Virus record (IMG/VR): IMGVR_UViG_3300010885_080481 | DNA from: a virus | Taxonomy: Duplodnaviria; Caudoviricetes | Strand: one strand, 5' to 3' | Length of the DNA: 64,000 nt | Shown here: positions 46,225 through 55,766 of the stretch, one piece after another | How the letters are laid out: every line of letters begins with the position of its first letter | Position numbering within the stretch: position 1 is the stretch's first letter | Program-made: the position numbers and the translations under genes | Notes under the pieces: model-generated | The model's database searches: none | The model's input: the letters and a program-made list of their open reading frames with translations, nothing else | Told to the model about the DNA's origin: nothing

Positions 46225-47253
46225 ATGAAAAAAGCGCTTGTTTGTGGAGCTGGTGGATTTATAGGTTCTCACTTAGTTAAACGTCTAAAGTCTGAGGGAT
46301 ATTGGGTTAGAGGAGTTGACTTAAAATATCCTGAATTTTCTGAGTCTGTTACGGATGAATTTGTGATAGCTGACCTTAGAAGACTTGAAAATGTGGAGTC
46401 TTCTTTGCTTGTCAATAAAAATTGCAAAAATGAATTTGAAAGCGGATTTGACGAAATTTACCAATTAGCTGCTGACATGGGCGGTGCAGGTTACATATTC
46501 ACTGGACAACATGATGCAGATGTCATGCATAATTCAGCAACTATTAATTTGAATGTAGCACATGTAGCAATTAAATTCAAAAACAAACCGAAGGTTTTTT
46601 ATTCTTCTTCTGCATGCATATATCCTGCGTATAATCAGGAAGATCCTGAAAATCCAAAGTGCACCGAAGAATCTGCATATCCCGCAGCACCAGATAGTGA
46701 ATATGGATGGGAAAAGTTATTTAGCGAAAGATTATATTTGTCCTTTGCAAGAAATTACGGTTTGACCGTGAGGATAGCTAGATTTCATAACATATTCGGT
46801 CCAGAAGGAACTTGGCGTGGCGGCAAAGAAAAAGCTCCTGCTGCGATGTGCAGAAAAGTAACAGAAGCTAATCCTGGCGACTCCATAGAAGTATGGGGCG
46901 ATGGCAAACAAACAAGATCATTTTTATATGTTGAAGAGTGTGTTGAAGCAGTCAGGCGCCTAATGGATTCAGAATTCTCTGGGCCTGTAAACGTAGGATC
47001 AGAAGAGATGATATCTCTAAATGATTTTGCTAAAATGGTCATTAGTATTTCTGGAAAAGATTTACATGTAAAAAATATAGAAGGTAAAGAGTTTGAAGAA
47101 AAATATGGATTCAAATGTCCTGTCGGCGTAAGAGGTAGAAACTCTGATAATACATTGATTAAAGAAAAAATAGGATGGGACTATACTCAAACCCTAAAGC
47201 ATGGAATGGAAAAAACTTATCAATGGATCTATGATCAGAATAAAAATTTATGA
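46225..47253 (+). CDS. GDP-mannose 3,5-epimerase-like NAD-dependent epimerase
   Basis: GAGGFIGSHL, QLAADMGGAGYI, SSSACIYP, YGWEKLFSE, KAPAAMCRKV, GVRGRNSDN. Confidence 0.85.
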   Translation: MKKALVCGAGGFIGSHLVKRLKSEGYWVRGVDLKYPEFSESVTDEFVIADLRRLENVESSLLVNKNCKNEFESGFDEIYQLAADMGGAGYIFTGQHDADVMHNSATINLNVAHVAIKFKNKPKVFYSSSACIYPAYNQEDPENPKCTEESAYPAAPDSEYGWEKLFSERLYLSFARNYGLTVRIARFHNIFGPEGTWRGGKEKAPAAMCRKVTEANPGDSIEVWGDGKQTRSFLYVEECVEAVRRLMDSEFSGPVNVGSEEMISLNDFAKMVISISGKDLHVKNIEGKEFEEKYGFKCPVGVRGRNSDNTLIKEKIGWDYTQTLKHGMEKTYQWIYDQNKNL

Positions 47254-48071
47254 GCATTATTGACACAATTCCTGATTTGAAAAAAGTAATTTCTTCTATC
47301 TGCGATTCTAAAGAAGAATTTTCCTTTTTTTACAATTTAACCCCTAGGCAACTATTCGAACTTTCTAGTCTAGAAAGTTTTAGAAAAGATCAAGTTGAAT
47401 TTGCGAGTCTAATAGATTCATTAAACGATAATTCTTTAAAAATTTTAAGAGAAGAAGTTTTTTCTATAATAAAAAGTCCCAAGAAAAAATCAGGAAATCA
47501 GTTTGGCTTTTATCACAATAACTTTGGTAGTTCTAAAGAAAGAATGAAACTTACTTTAGAATTATTACAAAAATCTGTATGTAGAAACCCTGAACTAAAA
47601 ATCTGCGAGTTAGGAACGAACGCAGGTGGGTGGACCATGTTATGGTTTTTGCATAATAACATGATAGATCCAAAAAAGTATATTGGGTGCGATATAATCC
47701 CAGATTACTGCAGGCTGTTAAAGGTTTTTGGATCCAACATCTTACCAATAAATCTAGCAAAAGAAGATCCAACAAAGATCTTAGAAAAAAACAATGATTT
47801 GTTGATTATTACTGAAGTAGTTGAACATATGCCAGATGAACAATCTGGTATGCAACTTTTAGAAAATTCGTGTAATCTATTGTCACCTCATGCTGACATG
47901 ATTATTTCTTATCCGCGCGTAGTCAAAGATATATCTAATGATCCTATTGGGCATCATTATCAACCTATTTTACAGAAAATTAATGAAAGAGTAGGATTAA
48001 AATTCTCTAAAATTGAGATGTATTTTGATGGCGTCAGAGAATATCATTATTTCATTGATTATAAAACTTGA
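47250..48071 (+). CDS. class I SAM-dependent methyltransferase
   Basis: ICELGTNAG, IGCDI, ITEVVEHM. Confidence 0.7.
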   Translation: MSIIDTIPDLKKVISSICDSKEEFSFFYNLTPRQLFELSSLESFRKDQVEFASLIDSLNDNSLKILREEVFSIIKSPKKKSGNQFGFYHNNFGSSKERMKLTLELLQKSVCRNPELKICELGTNAGGWTMLWFLHNNMIDPKKYIGCDIIPDYCRLLKVFGSNILPINLAKEDPTKILEKNNDLLIITEVVEHMPDEQSGMQLLENSCNLLSPHADMIISYPRVVKDISNDPIGHHYQPILQKINERVGLKFSKIEMYFDGVREYHYFIDYKT

Positions 48072-48097
48072 TTAAAACTAAAATATAAAATTTAATT

Positions 48098-48877
48098 ATG
48101 AAAATTGGACTTTGCATAACAAATCATTCTTCACAAAAAATCAGACCATATGGTAGGGATTTACTAGTAAATGCATTTCAAAGCTTTATAAAAAATTGCA
48201 AATATAATTTTGAGATCATCATAGTAGATAACCAATCAGATTTTCGTCTTGACAATTCTTCTCATGAACTGTTAACGAATTCCAACGTTCATTACATCTA
48301 TGTAGAAGATCAATGGAAACGTGGCCTAACTGGGGCCTGGAATGAAGGAATAAAAAAAGCTGTTGAATTAAATTGCGATATTATCTTAAACTCAAATGAT
48401 GATTTAATTTTTAATGAATCTATTAATGATTTTATCGAAAAAATAATTTTGAATGAGCATAAAGATATTTCCGTATTTGGTCCATTGACTAATGGTGTGA
48501 ATGGATCTTTTGTAAAGATCCAATATTCAGAAAATACGAATCCAAACTTATCTAAAGAAATAGTAGCTAACGGTTGGGAAGGGTTTGTCAGCGGTTTCTT
48601 TTTTGGTTTCACTAAAAACTTCTACAAAAAATTTACTTATCCTGACGGGGATCTATTTGCTGAATTTGATAAATTCGATAAATCTTACATTCACAAGTAT
48701 GCAGGAGATTGTGGCAAATGGGGCGGACAAGAGATGGAAATTTTGAGATTTAAGGAGTCTGGTGGTAAGGTTTTCGTTATTGGAGAATGTTGGATTTATC
48801 ATCTAAAAAAGAGAGACTGGAACAAAGCTAGACAAATTGCAGGCGAGTATGGATGGCATTTGTCTGAAAAATTTTGA
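48098..48877 (+). CDS. glycosyltransferase family 2
   Basis: IIIVDNQS, GLTGAWNEGI, LNSNDD, WIYH. Confidence 0.8.
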   Translation: MKIGLCITNHSSQKIRPYGRDLLVNAFQSFIKNCKYNFEIIIVDNQSDFRLDNSSHELLTNSNVHYIYVEDQWKRGLTGAWNEGIKKAVELNCDIILNSNDDLIFNESINDFIEKIILNEHKDISVFGPLTNGVNGSFVKIQYSENTNPNLSKEIVANGWEGFVSGFFFGFTKNFYKKFTYPDGDLFAEFDKFDKSYIHKYAGDCGKWGGQEMEILRFKESGGKVFVIGECWIYHLKKRDWNKARQIAGEYGWHLSEKF

Positions 48878-48892
48878 GTTAAAGGACAAAAT

Positions 48893-49531
48893 ATGTTGAA
48901 AGTAAGCGAAAAAAACTATGAAAAAGACTTTGAAACTTCAACTCGTCTGGTAGGCAAAGAAAGAAATTCATGCCATTACTTGAAAGCTCTTTTTAACACT
49001 TTGGTAGAATTCAAGCCTCGTGTTTGTATTGAGATAGGTACTAACACAGGAAACACTACGAAGGTGTTTCAAAGATATTTTGATCAGCATATGCCATCTG
49101 GCCTTTTAGTCACTTGCGATATAAAAAAATATGTTGATTTGTCACCACTGAAAAACGTAAAACAATTGATAGTAGCCCACCACATTCCACACATAGAAAA
49201 ATTCCATAAAGTAAAAAAAGAAGAACTTAGCTTTTTTCCAGAAAATTCTGTTTCAGTTAACACACAATTGTTAAAAGATGTTGCTCAAGAGTATGATTTC
49301 GCATTTATTGACGGAGATCATACGAAAGATTCTTTTTTCAAAGACATTGAAATTTGTGAAAATGTGCTGAAAGATCCTAAGTTAATGTTGTTGGACGACA
49401 CAAAGGAGCCTTTCCATGAATGCTCTCAAGCATATTTTGACATTGTGAAAAAAGATGAAAAATATGAAACTTACGATTTCGAAGATTGGAAAAAGTTTGT
49501 TGGTTGTTCTTTAATAAGAAAGAAATTATGA
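48893..49531 (+). CDS. class I SAM-dependent methyltransferase (Methyltransf_24-like)
   Basis: CIEIGTNTGNT, TCDI, YDFAFIDGDH, LLDD. Confidence 0.8.
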   Translation: MLKVSEKNYEKDFETSTRLVGKERNSCHYLKALFNTLVEFKPRVCIEIGTNTGNTTKVFQRYFDQHMPSGLLVTCDIKKYVDLSPLKNVKQLIVAHHIPHIEKFHKVKKEELSFFPENSVSVNTQLLKDVAQEYDFAFIDGDHTKDSFFKDIEICENVLKDPKLMLLDDTKEPFHECSQAYFDIVKKDEKYETYDFEDWKKFVGCSLIRKKL

Positions 49532-50568
49532 AAACTTGTCTTGTAACTGGAGCAGCTGGGTTAATTGGGTCAGAAGTAGCTAGATACTTCCTTGATCTTG
49601 GATGTAAGGTCGTCGGCGTTGACAACAACATGAGAAAATGGTTCTTCGGTCCCAGTGGCGACACCGAACATGTTGCGGAATCTTTGTTAAATAATGTAAA
49701 CTATTTTCATGAAAGTTGCGACATAAGAGACAGAGCCGAAATTGAAAGAATCTTTAAACAAAAGAAACCTGATTTCATCGTCCATGCCGCCGCTCAACCT
49801 TCTCACGATTTGGCTGCAAAAATACCTTACGAAGATTTTCATACAAATGCAGTAGGTACCTTGAATTTGTTAGAATCAACAAGGCAATTTTGTAAAGATT
49901 CGCCATTCATCCAAGTCAGCACAAATAAGGTTTACGGCGACACGCCTAATAGGCTTAAGCTGGTAGAAAAAGATACACGTTACGATTATTTTGAAAAAGA
50001 TTTGTACGAAGGTATCGATGAAACGATGTCGATAGATCAGACTACTCATTCTTTGTTCGGAGCATCAAAAACAGCAGGAGATCTACTAGCACAAGAATAT
50101 GGTAGGTATTTCAACATGCCAGTTGGCGTGTTTAGAGGAGGATGTCTAACGGGTCCTCAGCATGCCGGTGTCGAATTACACGGATTTTTATCGTATATTG
50201 TGAAATGTGCAGTACAGAATAAACCATACACAATTTTTGGGTATAAAGGGAAACAAGTTAGAGATCAAATACACTCTTACGATGTGTGCACAGCCTTCTA
50301 CGAATTTATAAAATCGCCACGTGCGGGTGAAGTCTATAATATCGGAGGTTGTCGCGACAATAGTGCTTCTATCTTGGAGATTATTCATGTCTTAAAAGAC
50401 ATGGGTTATGATTTGAAATTTTCTATTTCAGATACACCTCGAATGGGTGATCACATTTGTTACATCACTAACATGTCCAAATTCAAATCACACTTTCCAG
50501 CTTGGAAACACGAAAAAGATTTGAACACAACAATTAAAGAGATTGTAGAATCTTCCAAAATTAAATGA
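49528..50568 (+). CDS. CDP-paratose 2-epimerase-like (RfbE-type) NAD-dependent epimerase
   Basis: VTGAAGLIG, HAAAQPSHD, STNKVYGD, FGASK, GCLTGP.HAGVELHGFLSY, KGKQVRD. Confidence 0.82.
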   Translation: MKTCLVTGAAGLIGSEVARYFLDLGCKVVGVDNNMRKWFFGPSGDTEHVAESLLNNVNYFHESCDIRDRAEIERIFKQKKPDFIVHAAAQPSHDLAAKIPYEDFHTNAVGTLNLLESTRQFCKDSPFIQVSTNKVYGDTPNRLKLVEKDTRYDYFEKDLYEGIDETMSIDQTTHSLFGASKTAGDLLAQEYGRYFNMPVGVFRGGCLTGPQHAGVELHGFLSYIVKCAVQNKPYTIFGYKGKQVRDQIHSYDVCTAFYEFIKSPRAGEVYNIGGCRDNSASILEIIHVLKDMGYDLKFSISDTPRMGDHICYITNMSKFKSHFPAWKHEKDLNTTIKEIVESSKIK

Positions 50569-51503
50569 AAAAAGTATCCTTTGGAATAGTCAACTGTAAC
50601 CGGCTTTTCTATCTTAGAAGTTGTTTAGAGTCTTTGTTGGACACCACATCAGGTTACGAAAATAAAGAGTTCTTTGTAGTAGATAATGCATCTGTCGAAT
50701 CAGGGACGGAAGAGTACCTAAAGAACATAGAATCTAGAGGCGTAACTGTCATTAGAAAAAAAGAAAGAAATCCGGCAAATGAATTTGCAATTGGATTAAA
50801 TTCAATTATTTCTGAAGCCTCTGGTGATTATGTTTGTTTGTTACAAGGTGACATGCAGTTCGTGCTTCCTGATTGGCTGAATGACATCATCAGTTTTTAT
50901 GAAAAGAACCTTGACATCGTTGGAAGCGTTATGTTGGATGCTCAAAGAAGAATCACGCATGATTCTCATCAAATTGTCAAGTTTTCTCAGGACAGACATC
51001 CTACGTTTTGCAAGAATATATTCTATGCAGACGTGTCTAGAGATCCAATCAGCCCCGCTGCCGACGCCATTTTTAGCAGAAAAGTAATAGAACAAATCGC
51101 TCCCTGGAGTGAGAGAAATGTGAACCATGAAGGAAGTCTAGATTCAGAGAATGAAATGCGTTATAGGGTTCTTAGAATGATGAAGGAAGGTAGCATACCG
51201 CAGTATACAACGGCGTTATCATCTGTTCCTCAAGCTATTGCAATTTACACGGACCCGCGCGGGACGCAAGGTCGAGTCCGAGGAAATAAAAGGTACGGTC
51301 AGTACTGGCCCGCAAAAGATGCTTCAGGTTGGAAATACTATGAGTATATAAATGAGCATCAGTTTGATTTGTCAAAGGTAAATTCGATAGAAGAAGTGGC
51401 AAATCCCATTGGATTTGCGAAGTTTCTTGATGAAAAAGGTAACTGGTTAAAGAACCCGATTAGACCGGAATCAGCATCAACAGAAGATTGGACAGAACTG
51501 TAA
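50565..51503 (+). CDS. glycosyltransferase family 2
   Basis: GIVNCNR, VVDNASVE, LLQGDM. Confidence 0.8.
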   Translation: MKKVSFGIVNCNRLFYLRSCLESLLDTTSGYENKEFFVVDNASVESGTEEYLKNIESRGVTVIRKKERNPANEFAIGLNSIISEASGDYVCLLQGDMQFVLPDWLNDIISFYEKNLDIVGSVMLDAQRRITHDSHQIVKFSQDRHPTFCKNIFYADVSRDPISPAADAIFSRKVIEQIAPWSERNVNHEGSLDSENEMRYRVLRMMKEGSIPQYTTALSSVPQAIAIYTDPRGTQGRVRGNKRYGQYWPAKDASGWKYYEYINEHQFDLSKVNSIEEVANPIGFAKFLDEKGNWLKNPIRPESASTEDWTEL

Positions 51504-51539
51504 AACAATCATCAAACTGAGTATATAGTCATACTTCAT

Positions 51540-52457
51540 ATGAATAATTCATCAATTGCAGTTATTGGTCAAGGTTTCGTAGGGGGTTCTCTCACAACTG
51601 TCTTCTCAGAAAGAGGCTTCAACGTACTGGTATACGATAAGGCAGGTAAGGTCTCACCTGGTGCACACGATTATCGACCTGACTCTCTAAAAAGTCTTGT
51701 TAATTTTGCCGAAGGATCTGTCGTAGGATTTTCCAAAGTTTATTTCGTGTGTCTTCCAACACCAATGTATGAGGATGGAAGTGCTGACCTCAGCATTGTT
51801 GAGGGTGTACTAACAGAGCTTTCGCAGATCCCGGGCGAGAGGATTGCAGTAGTAAAGTCCACCATTCCACCTGGCTCAACTGAGAGATGGAATAAAAAGT
51901 TTGCAGAAACAGGTCTTCGTGTTGTTTTCAATCCTGAGTTTTTGACAGAGGCCAACGCTCTGGATGATATGCGAAACCAAAACAGGATCGTCCTAGGCGG
52001 ACCTCGTCCGTACATCAACACTGTGAAGCAGGTATTCCAGACGGCATTCCCAAAGGTGCCGCTTGTAAAGACTTCTTCGACCACTGCCGAGATGGTGAAG
52101 TATGTCACAAACAACTTCCTGACTGTAAAGGTGGCCTTTGCAAATGAGATGTTCCAGGTCTGCGAAGCCCTAGATAAATCCGGACTAAATGTGGATTATG
52201 ATAAGGTAATTGAATATGCTAAGTATGATTCTAGGTTAGGCTCCAGCCACTGGAGTGTACCTGGACCGGATGGCCAACCTGGGTTCGGGGGTCACTGTTT
52301 CCCGAAGGATGTGAATGCAATGATTGATGTGGCAAAGACGCTGGGCGTGAAACCGACAGTTCTAAAGTCCGCATGGGAAAAGAACCTTGAGGTACGATCT
52401 GACAAGGATTGGGAGAAGATGGCAGGTCGTGCAGTTTCTAAAAAACCGAAGGGTTGA
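51540..52457 (+). CDS. ugd: UDP-glucose/GDP-mannose 6-dehydrogenase, short form
   Basis: IGQGFVG, FVCLPTP, VKSTIPPG, FNPEFLTE, AEMVKY..N, GFGGHCFPKD; C-terminal domain absent. Confidence 0.85.
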   Translation: MNNSSIAVIGQGFVGGSLTTVFSERGFNVLVYDKAGKVSPGAHDYRPDSLKSLVNFAEGSVVGFSKVYFVCLPTPMYEDGSADLSIVEGVLTELSQIPGERIAVVKSTIPPGSTERWNKKFAETGLRVVFNPEFLTEANALDDMRNQNRIVLGGPRPYINTVKQVFQTAFPKVPLVKTSSTTAEMVKYVTNNFLTVKVAFANEMFQVCEALDKSGLNVDYDKVIEYAKYDSRLGSSHWSVPGPDGQPGFGGHCFPKDVNAMIDVAKTLGVKPTVLKSAWEKNLEVRSDKDWEKMAGRAVSKKPKG

Positions 52458-52488
52458 TGAACTAATATGGTGACATAAGTTACCATAT
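52458..52488 (+). promoter_or_regulatory. TGAACT-N17-TACCAT promoter with overlapping inverted repeat, 6 nt before the Cas4-like ATG
   Basis: Inverted repeat atatggtgac-ataa-gttaccatat (52465-52488) covers the spacer and -10. Confidence 0.55.
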
Positions 52489-52492
52489 AGCA

Positions 52493-53308
52493 ATGCAAGA
52501 AAATAACTCCTTCCAAACTCTACCTACGGGAAAACCCCACGTTTCTTTCTCCGAGGTAAAGTTATGGAAGGAGTGTTCATTTAGACACCACCTCATCCAC
52601 ATCAAAAAGATTGACCTATCGAAACCTTCTCCCGTACTTGACTTTGGTACCGCAGTTCATGCATCATGCGAAAAATATCTGCTGACTCGTGAGATGGATC
52701 CGCAGGTTGCTTTTGATCATATGGATGCAGCTTGGAAGAAACACGAAGGTAATCCTGATTTCTCTCCTGCATCACTAGAAAAAGCCAAGATCGAAGTATC
52801 ACAGATACTTGCTGAGGTGCCTCAGTTCCTAGACAGGGAATTTCCTGAGTGGCAAGTCGTTGATGCTGAGCACCAACTATATGAGGCAGTTGAAGGTCAT
52901 CCTCATGCCTTCAAGGGTTTCATTGACGGTGTTATCAAGGCTAAGGGCAAGAGAGGCGAGACGATCTATTGGATCCTCGACTGGAAGACAACAGTTCGTG
53001 GTTGGTTTCGCGAGAAAAGATCTGATGATATGGTCAAGGCACAGTTGGCACTATACAAAAACTATTGGTGCCAAAAGAATCCAGAAGTCCCATTCAAGGA
53101 TGTCAGGTGTGGATTCGTTTTGCTAAAGAAGTCGGCAAAGCCAGGCGAACATTGCGAGTTGTTTTCAGTTTCTCTAGGTGAGGTTCCTATAAAAAAATCT
53201 CTTAAAGTTGTTGGTAACATGTTGACTTCTGTAAAACGAGGTATTGCTATCAAGAATAGAGATGCTTGCACTTACTGTGAGTATAAAGGTACTGATCACT
53301 GCAAATAA
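52493..53308 (+). CDS. Cas4/AddB-like PD-(D/E)xK exonuclease
   Basis: VSFSE...C, GTAVH, KGFIDG, ILDWKT, QLALY, C-terminal CTYCEYKGTDHC. Confidence 0.85.
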   Translation: MQENNSFQTLPTGKPHVSFSEVKLWKECSFRHHLIHIKKIDLSKPSPVLDFGTAVHASCEKYLLTREMDPQVAFDHMDAAWKKHEGNPDFSPASLEKAKIEVSQILAEVPQFLDREFPEWQVVDAEHQLYEAVEGHPHAFKGFIDGVIKAKGKRGETIYWILDWKTTVRGWFREKRSDDMVKAQLALYKNYWCQKNPEVPFKDVRCGFVLLKKSAKPGEHCELFSVSLGEVPIKKSLKVVGNMLTSVKRGIAIKNRDACTYCEYKGTDHCK

Positions 53309-53364
53309 TTTTTGAGTTGTGCTATAAAATTTATTACAACTTTTAGAAAGTTAGTAATATATCG

Positions 53365-54612
53365 TTGATGCAGAAAAAAACGATTTTATTGCTTTCGGAC
53401 CACCCTTTATCCACTTCTGGAGTAGGAACCCAGGCCCGCTGGTTAATTCATGGATTAATTGCTACTGGCAAATATAAGTTCAAGTGCTTTGGTGGTGCAG
53501 TAAGACATGAAGACTACAGAACTGTAGTCGTAAATGAAGATTTTATCATAAAGCCGACTAACGGCTTTGGCGATAGAAACATGCTTCGACAAGTTCTTGC
53601 TACAGAACGACCGGATGTTCTAATGTTGTTTACAGATCCTAGATTTTTTATTTGGGCATGGGAAATGGAAGATGAAATTCATCAGATATGCCCGATAGCA
53701 TACAACCATCTGTGGGATAACGGACCATGGCCAGAATTCAATAGGGTTCTTTACGAATCGACTGATCTCGTTAACTGCATCAATTGGCCGACATATCAGA
53801 TGGTTAAAGAGAGATTTCCGGAAAAAACCAATTACATTCCACATGGTGTACCAAAAGAATTGTATTATCCAGTTTCTGATGAAGATTCTATCAAGTTTAA
53901 GAAAAAAGTTCTAGGAAATGATAGAGTCGATCACTTTGTTCCCATGTACGTTTCTAGGAACGCCCGCCGCAAGATGCCAAGCGATATTTTAGTTTCATGG
54001 AAACAATTTTTAGATGCGTTGCAAGCAAAGCATGGTCATAAGAAAGCAACATTGTTAATGCATACCGACCCGCTTGATCATGAAGGACCCAACCTTTATC
54101 ATGTAGTAGAGATGTTAGGAATAACTGATAACGTCAAGTTTTCAAAGAACAGGGTTGATTTTAATGAAATGAGAGAAATCTATGCAGCTTGTGACACGGT
54201 AGTGAATCGTAGTTCTAATGAAGGGTTCGGTCTTCCTACGTTGGAGGCAATGATGTGTGGTAAACCTATTATTGCAATAAAGACGGGCGGGTTGAGTCGT
54301 CAAGTGGAAGATATAGAGACTGGAGAACAATATGGGATTGCTTTAGAGCCTGATGTTAAGTCTCTTGTTGGAAATCAAATGGTGCCTTACATCTATGAAG
54401 ACTTGATATCTCATGAAAAGTTATCTAATGCATTCATGGAGATGTATGAATGGGGTCCTGAGAAAAGAAAGCAGGTTGGAAAACGTGCTTTAGAACATGC
54501 TCATAAAGATTATGATTTGAAAGAGATTGTTTCTTCTTGGGATAATTCTTTATCCAAATTAATTTCTGATTGGGAAAATCGACCGCAGCGATGGGAGGTC
54601 AAGTCTTTATGA
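53365..54612 (+). CDS. glycosyltransferase family 4
   Basis: SGVGTQ, IPHG, RNARRK, SSNEGFGLPTLEAMMCGKPII. Confidence 0.9.
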   Translation: MMQKKTILLLSDHPLSTSGVGTQARWLIHGLIATGKYKFKCFGGAVRHEDYRTVVVNEDFIIKPTNGFGDRNMLRQVLATERPDVLMLFTDPRFFIWAWEMEDEIHQICPIAYNHLWDNGPWPEFNRVLYESTDLVNCINWPTYQMVKERFPEKTNYIPHGVPKELYYPVSDEDSIKFKKKVLGNDRVDHFVPMYVSRNARRKMPSDILVSWKQFLDALQAKHGHKKATLLMHTDPLDHEGPNLYHVVEMLGITDNVKFSKNRVDFNEMREIYAACDTVVNRSSNEGFGLPTLEAMMCGKPIIAIKTGGLSRQVEDIETGEQYGIALEPDVKSLVGNQMVPYIYEDLISHEKLSNAFMEMYEWGPEKRKQVGKRALEHAHKDYDLKEIVSSWDNSLSKLISDWENRPQRWEVKSL

Positions 54613-55766
54613 AAAAAGTTGTTGTTAAAGGACCAGTACTGACGCAGTCAGGCTATGGGGTACATAGCAGGCAAGTCGCAAAATGGTTGCTGGATCAACC
54701 TCAAATTGAGGTAAAGTTTATGGCTACGCCATGGGGAGATACGCCTTGGATTTTAGACAAAAATTCCAATGATGGATTGGTAGCCAAAATAATGAATAAT
54801 ACAGTAGGTCCTGAATATAAGGCAGATGTCTCATTTCAAATACAGTTGCCTAATGAATGGGATTCAAAGCTAGCCACAGAAAATGTAGGTATCACAGCTG
54901 CTGTAGAGACAGATAGATCAAATCCAGAATGGGTTTCTGCTTGTAACAACATGAGTGTTGTGGTGTTTCCATCTGAACATGCCAAAAAGAGCATCACAAA
55001 TGCAGGAGAGCTAACTACAAAAAGTTTTGTGATACCTGAATCATATGCAGAAGAGATAAGAAGAGAAAATGTTTTAGAACTACCAGAAATAACAACTGAC
55101 TTTAATTTTTTATTGTTTGGTCAGTTAACAGGTAATAATCCTTATAATGATAGAAAAAATCTTCTTTTTACTATAAAATGGATCTGCGAAGCTTTTAAAG
55201 ATGATCCTGATGTGGGAATAGTCCTGAAAACTAATTCAGGAAGAAATACCAGGATTGATAGAAACTTGGTGTCAAAAGTTATCAGCACTGTTCTTAGTGA
55301 AGTTCGGAAAGGTCCATATCCTAAAGTACATTTAGTTCATGGAGAGATGAGCGATCTTGATGTGGCAGGGTTGTACAGAAGTCCAAAAATTAAAGCATTG
55401 GTCTCCTTGACAAGAGGAGAAGGATATGGATTGCCTATACTTGAAGCTGCTGCATCAGGATTACCAACCATAGTCACAGGCTGGTCTGGTCACACTGAAT
55501 TTTTGAAAGACATAAAGTTTGTTTCTGTGGATTATAATCTTACGCAAGTACATCCTTCTAGAATCGATGGTAAGATCTTTATGCCAACAGCTAAGTGGGC
55601 AGAACCTATCGAGCAAGATTTTAAAAAGAAAATTTTGAAGTTTAAGTCATCATCTTCAGTTCCTAAGAAGTGGGCAGTTGAAGGTTCGTTGCACATCCAA
55701 GAGAAGTATTCTTTTAATGAAATTTCAAAGATGTATAGTCAACTATTAGGTTCATACTTGCAATGA
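54609..55766 (+). CDS. glycosyltransferase family 4
   Basis: SGYGVH, DRKN, TRGEGYGLPILEAAASGLPTI...WSGHTEF; start at the ATG at 54609. Confidence 0.9.
   Translation: MKKVVVKGPVLTQSGYGVHSRQVAKWLLDQPQIEVKFMATPWGDTPWILDKNSNDGLVAKIMNNTVGPEYKADVSFQIQLPNEWDSKLATENVGITAAVETDRSNPEWVSACNNMSVVVFPSEHAKKSITNAGELTTKSFVIPESYAEEIRRENVLELPEITTDFNFLLFGQLTGNNPYNDRKNLLFTIKWICEAFKDDPDVGIVLKTNSGRNTRIDRNLVSKVISTVLSEVRKGPYPKVHLVHGEMSDLDVAGLYRSPKIKALVSLTRGEGYGLPILEAAASGLPTIVTGWSGHTEFLKDIKFVSVDYNLTQVHPSRIDGKIFMPTAKWAEPIEQDFKKKILKFKSSSSVPKKWAVEGSLHIQEKYSFNEISKMYSQLLGSYLQ

Noticed and set aside
52493-53308. CRISPR-Cas locus suggested by the Cas4-like gene
   Set aside because: No repeat-spacer array or other cas gene seen in the window
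29994-55766. Ordinary bacterial O-antigen/LPS locus
   Set aside because: No flippase, polymerase, ligase or priming transferase recognised; flanked by and interleaved with phage genes in the same compact style
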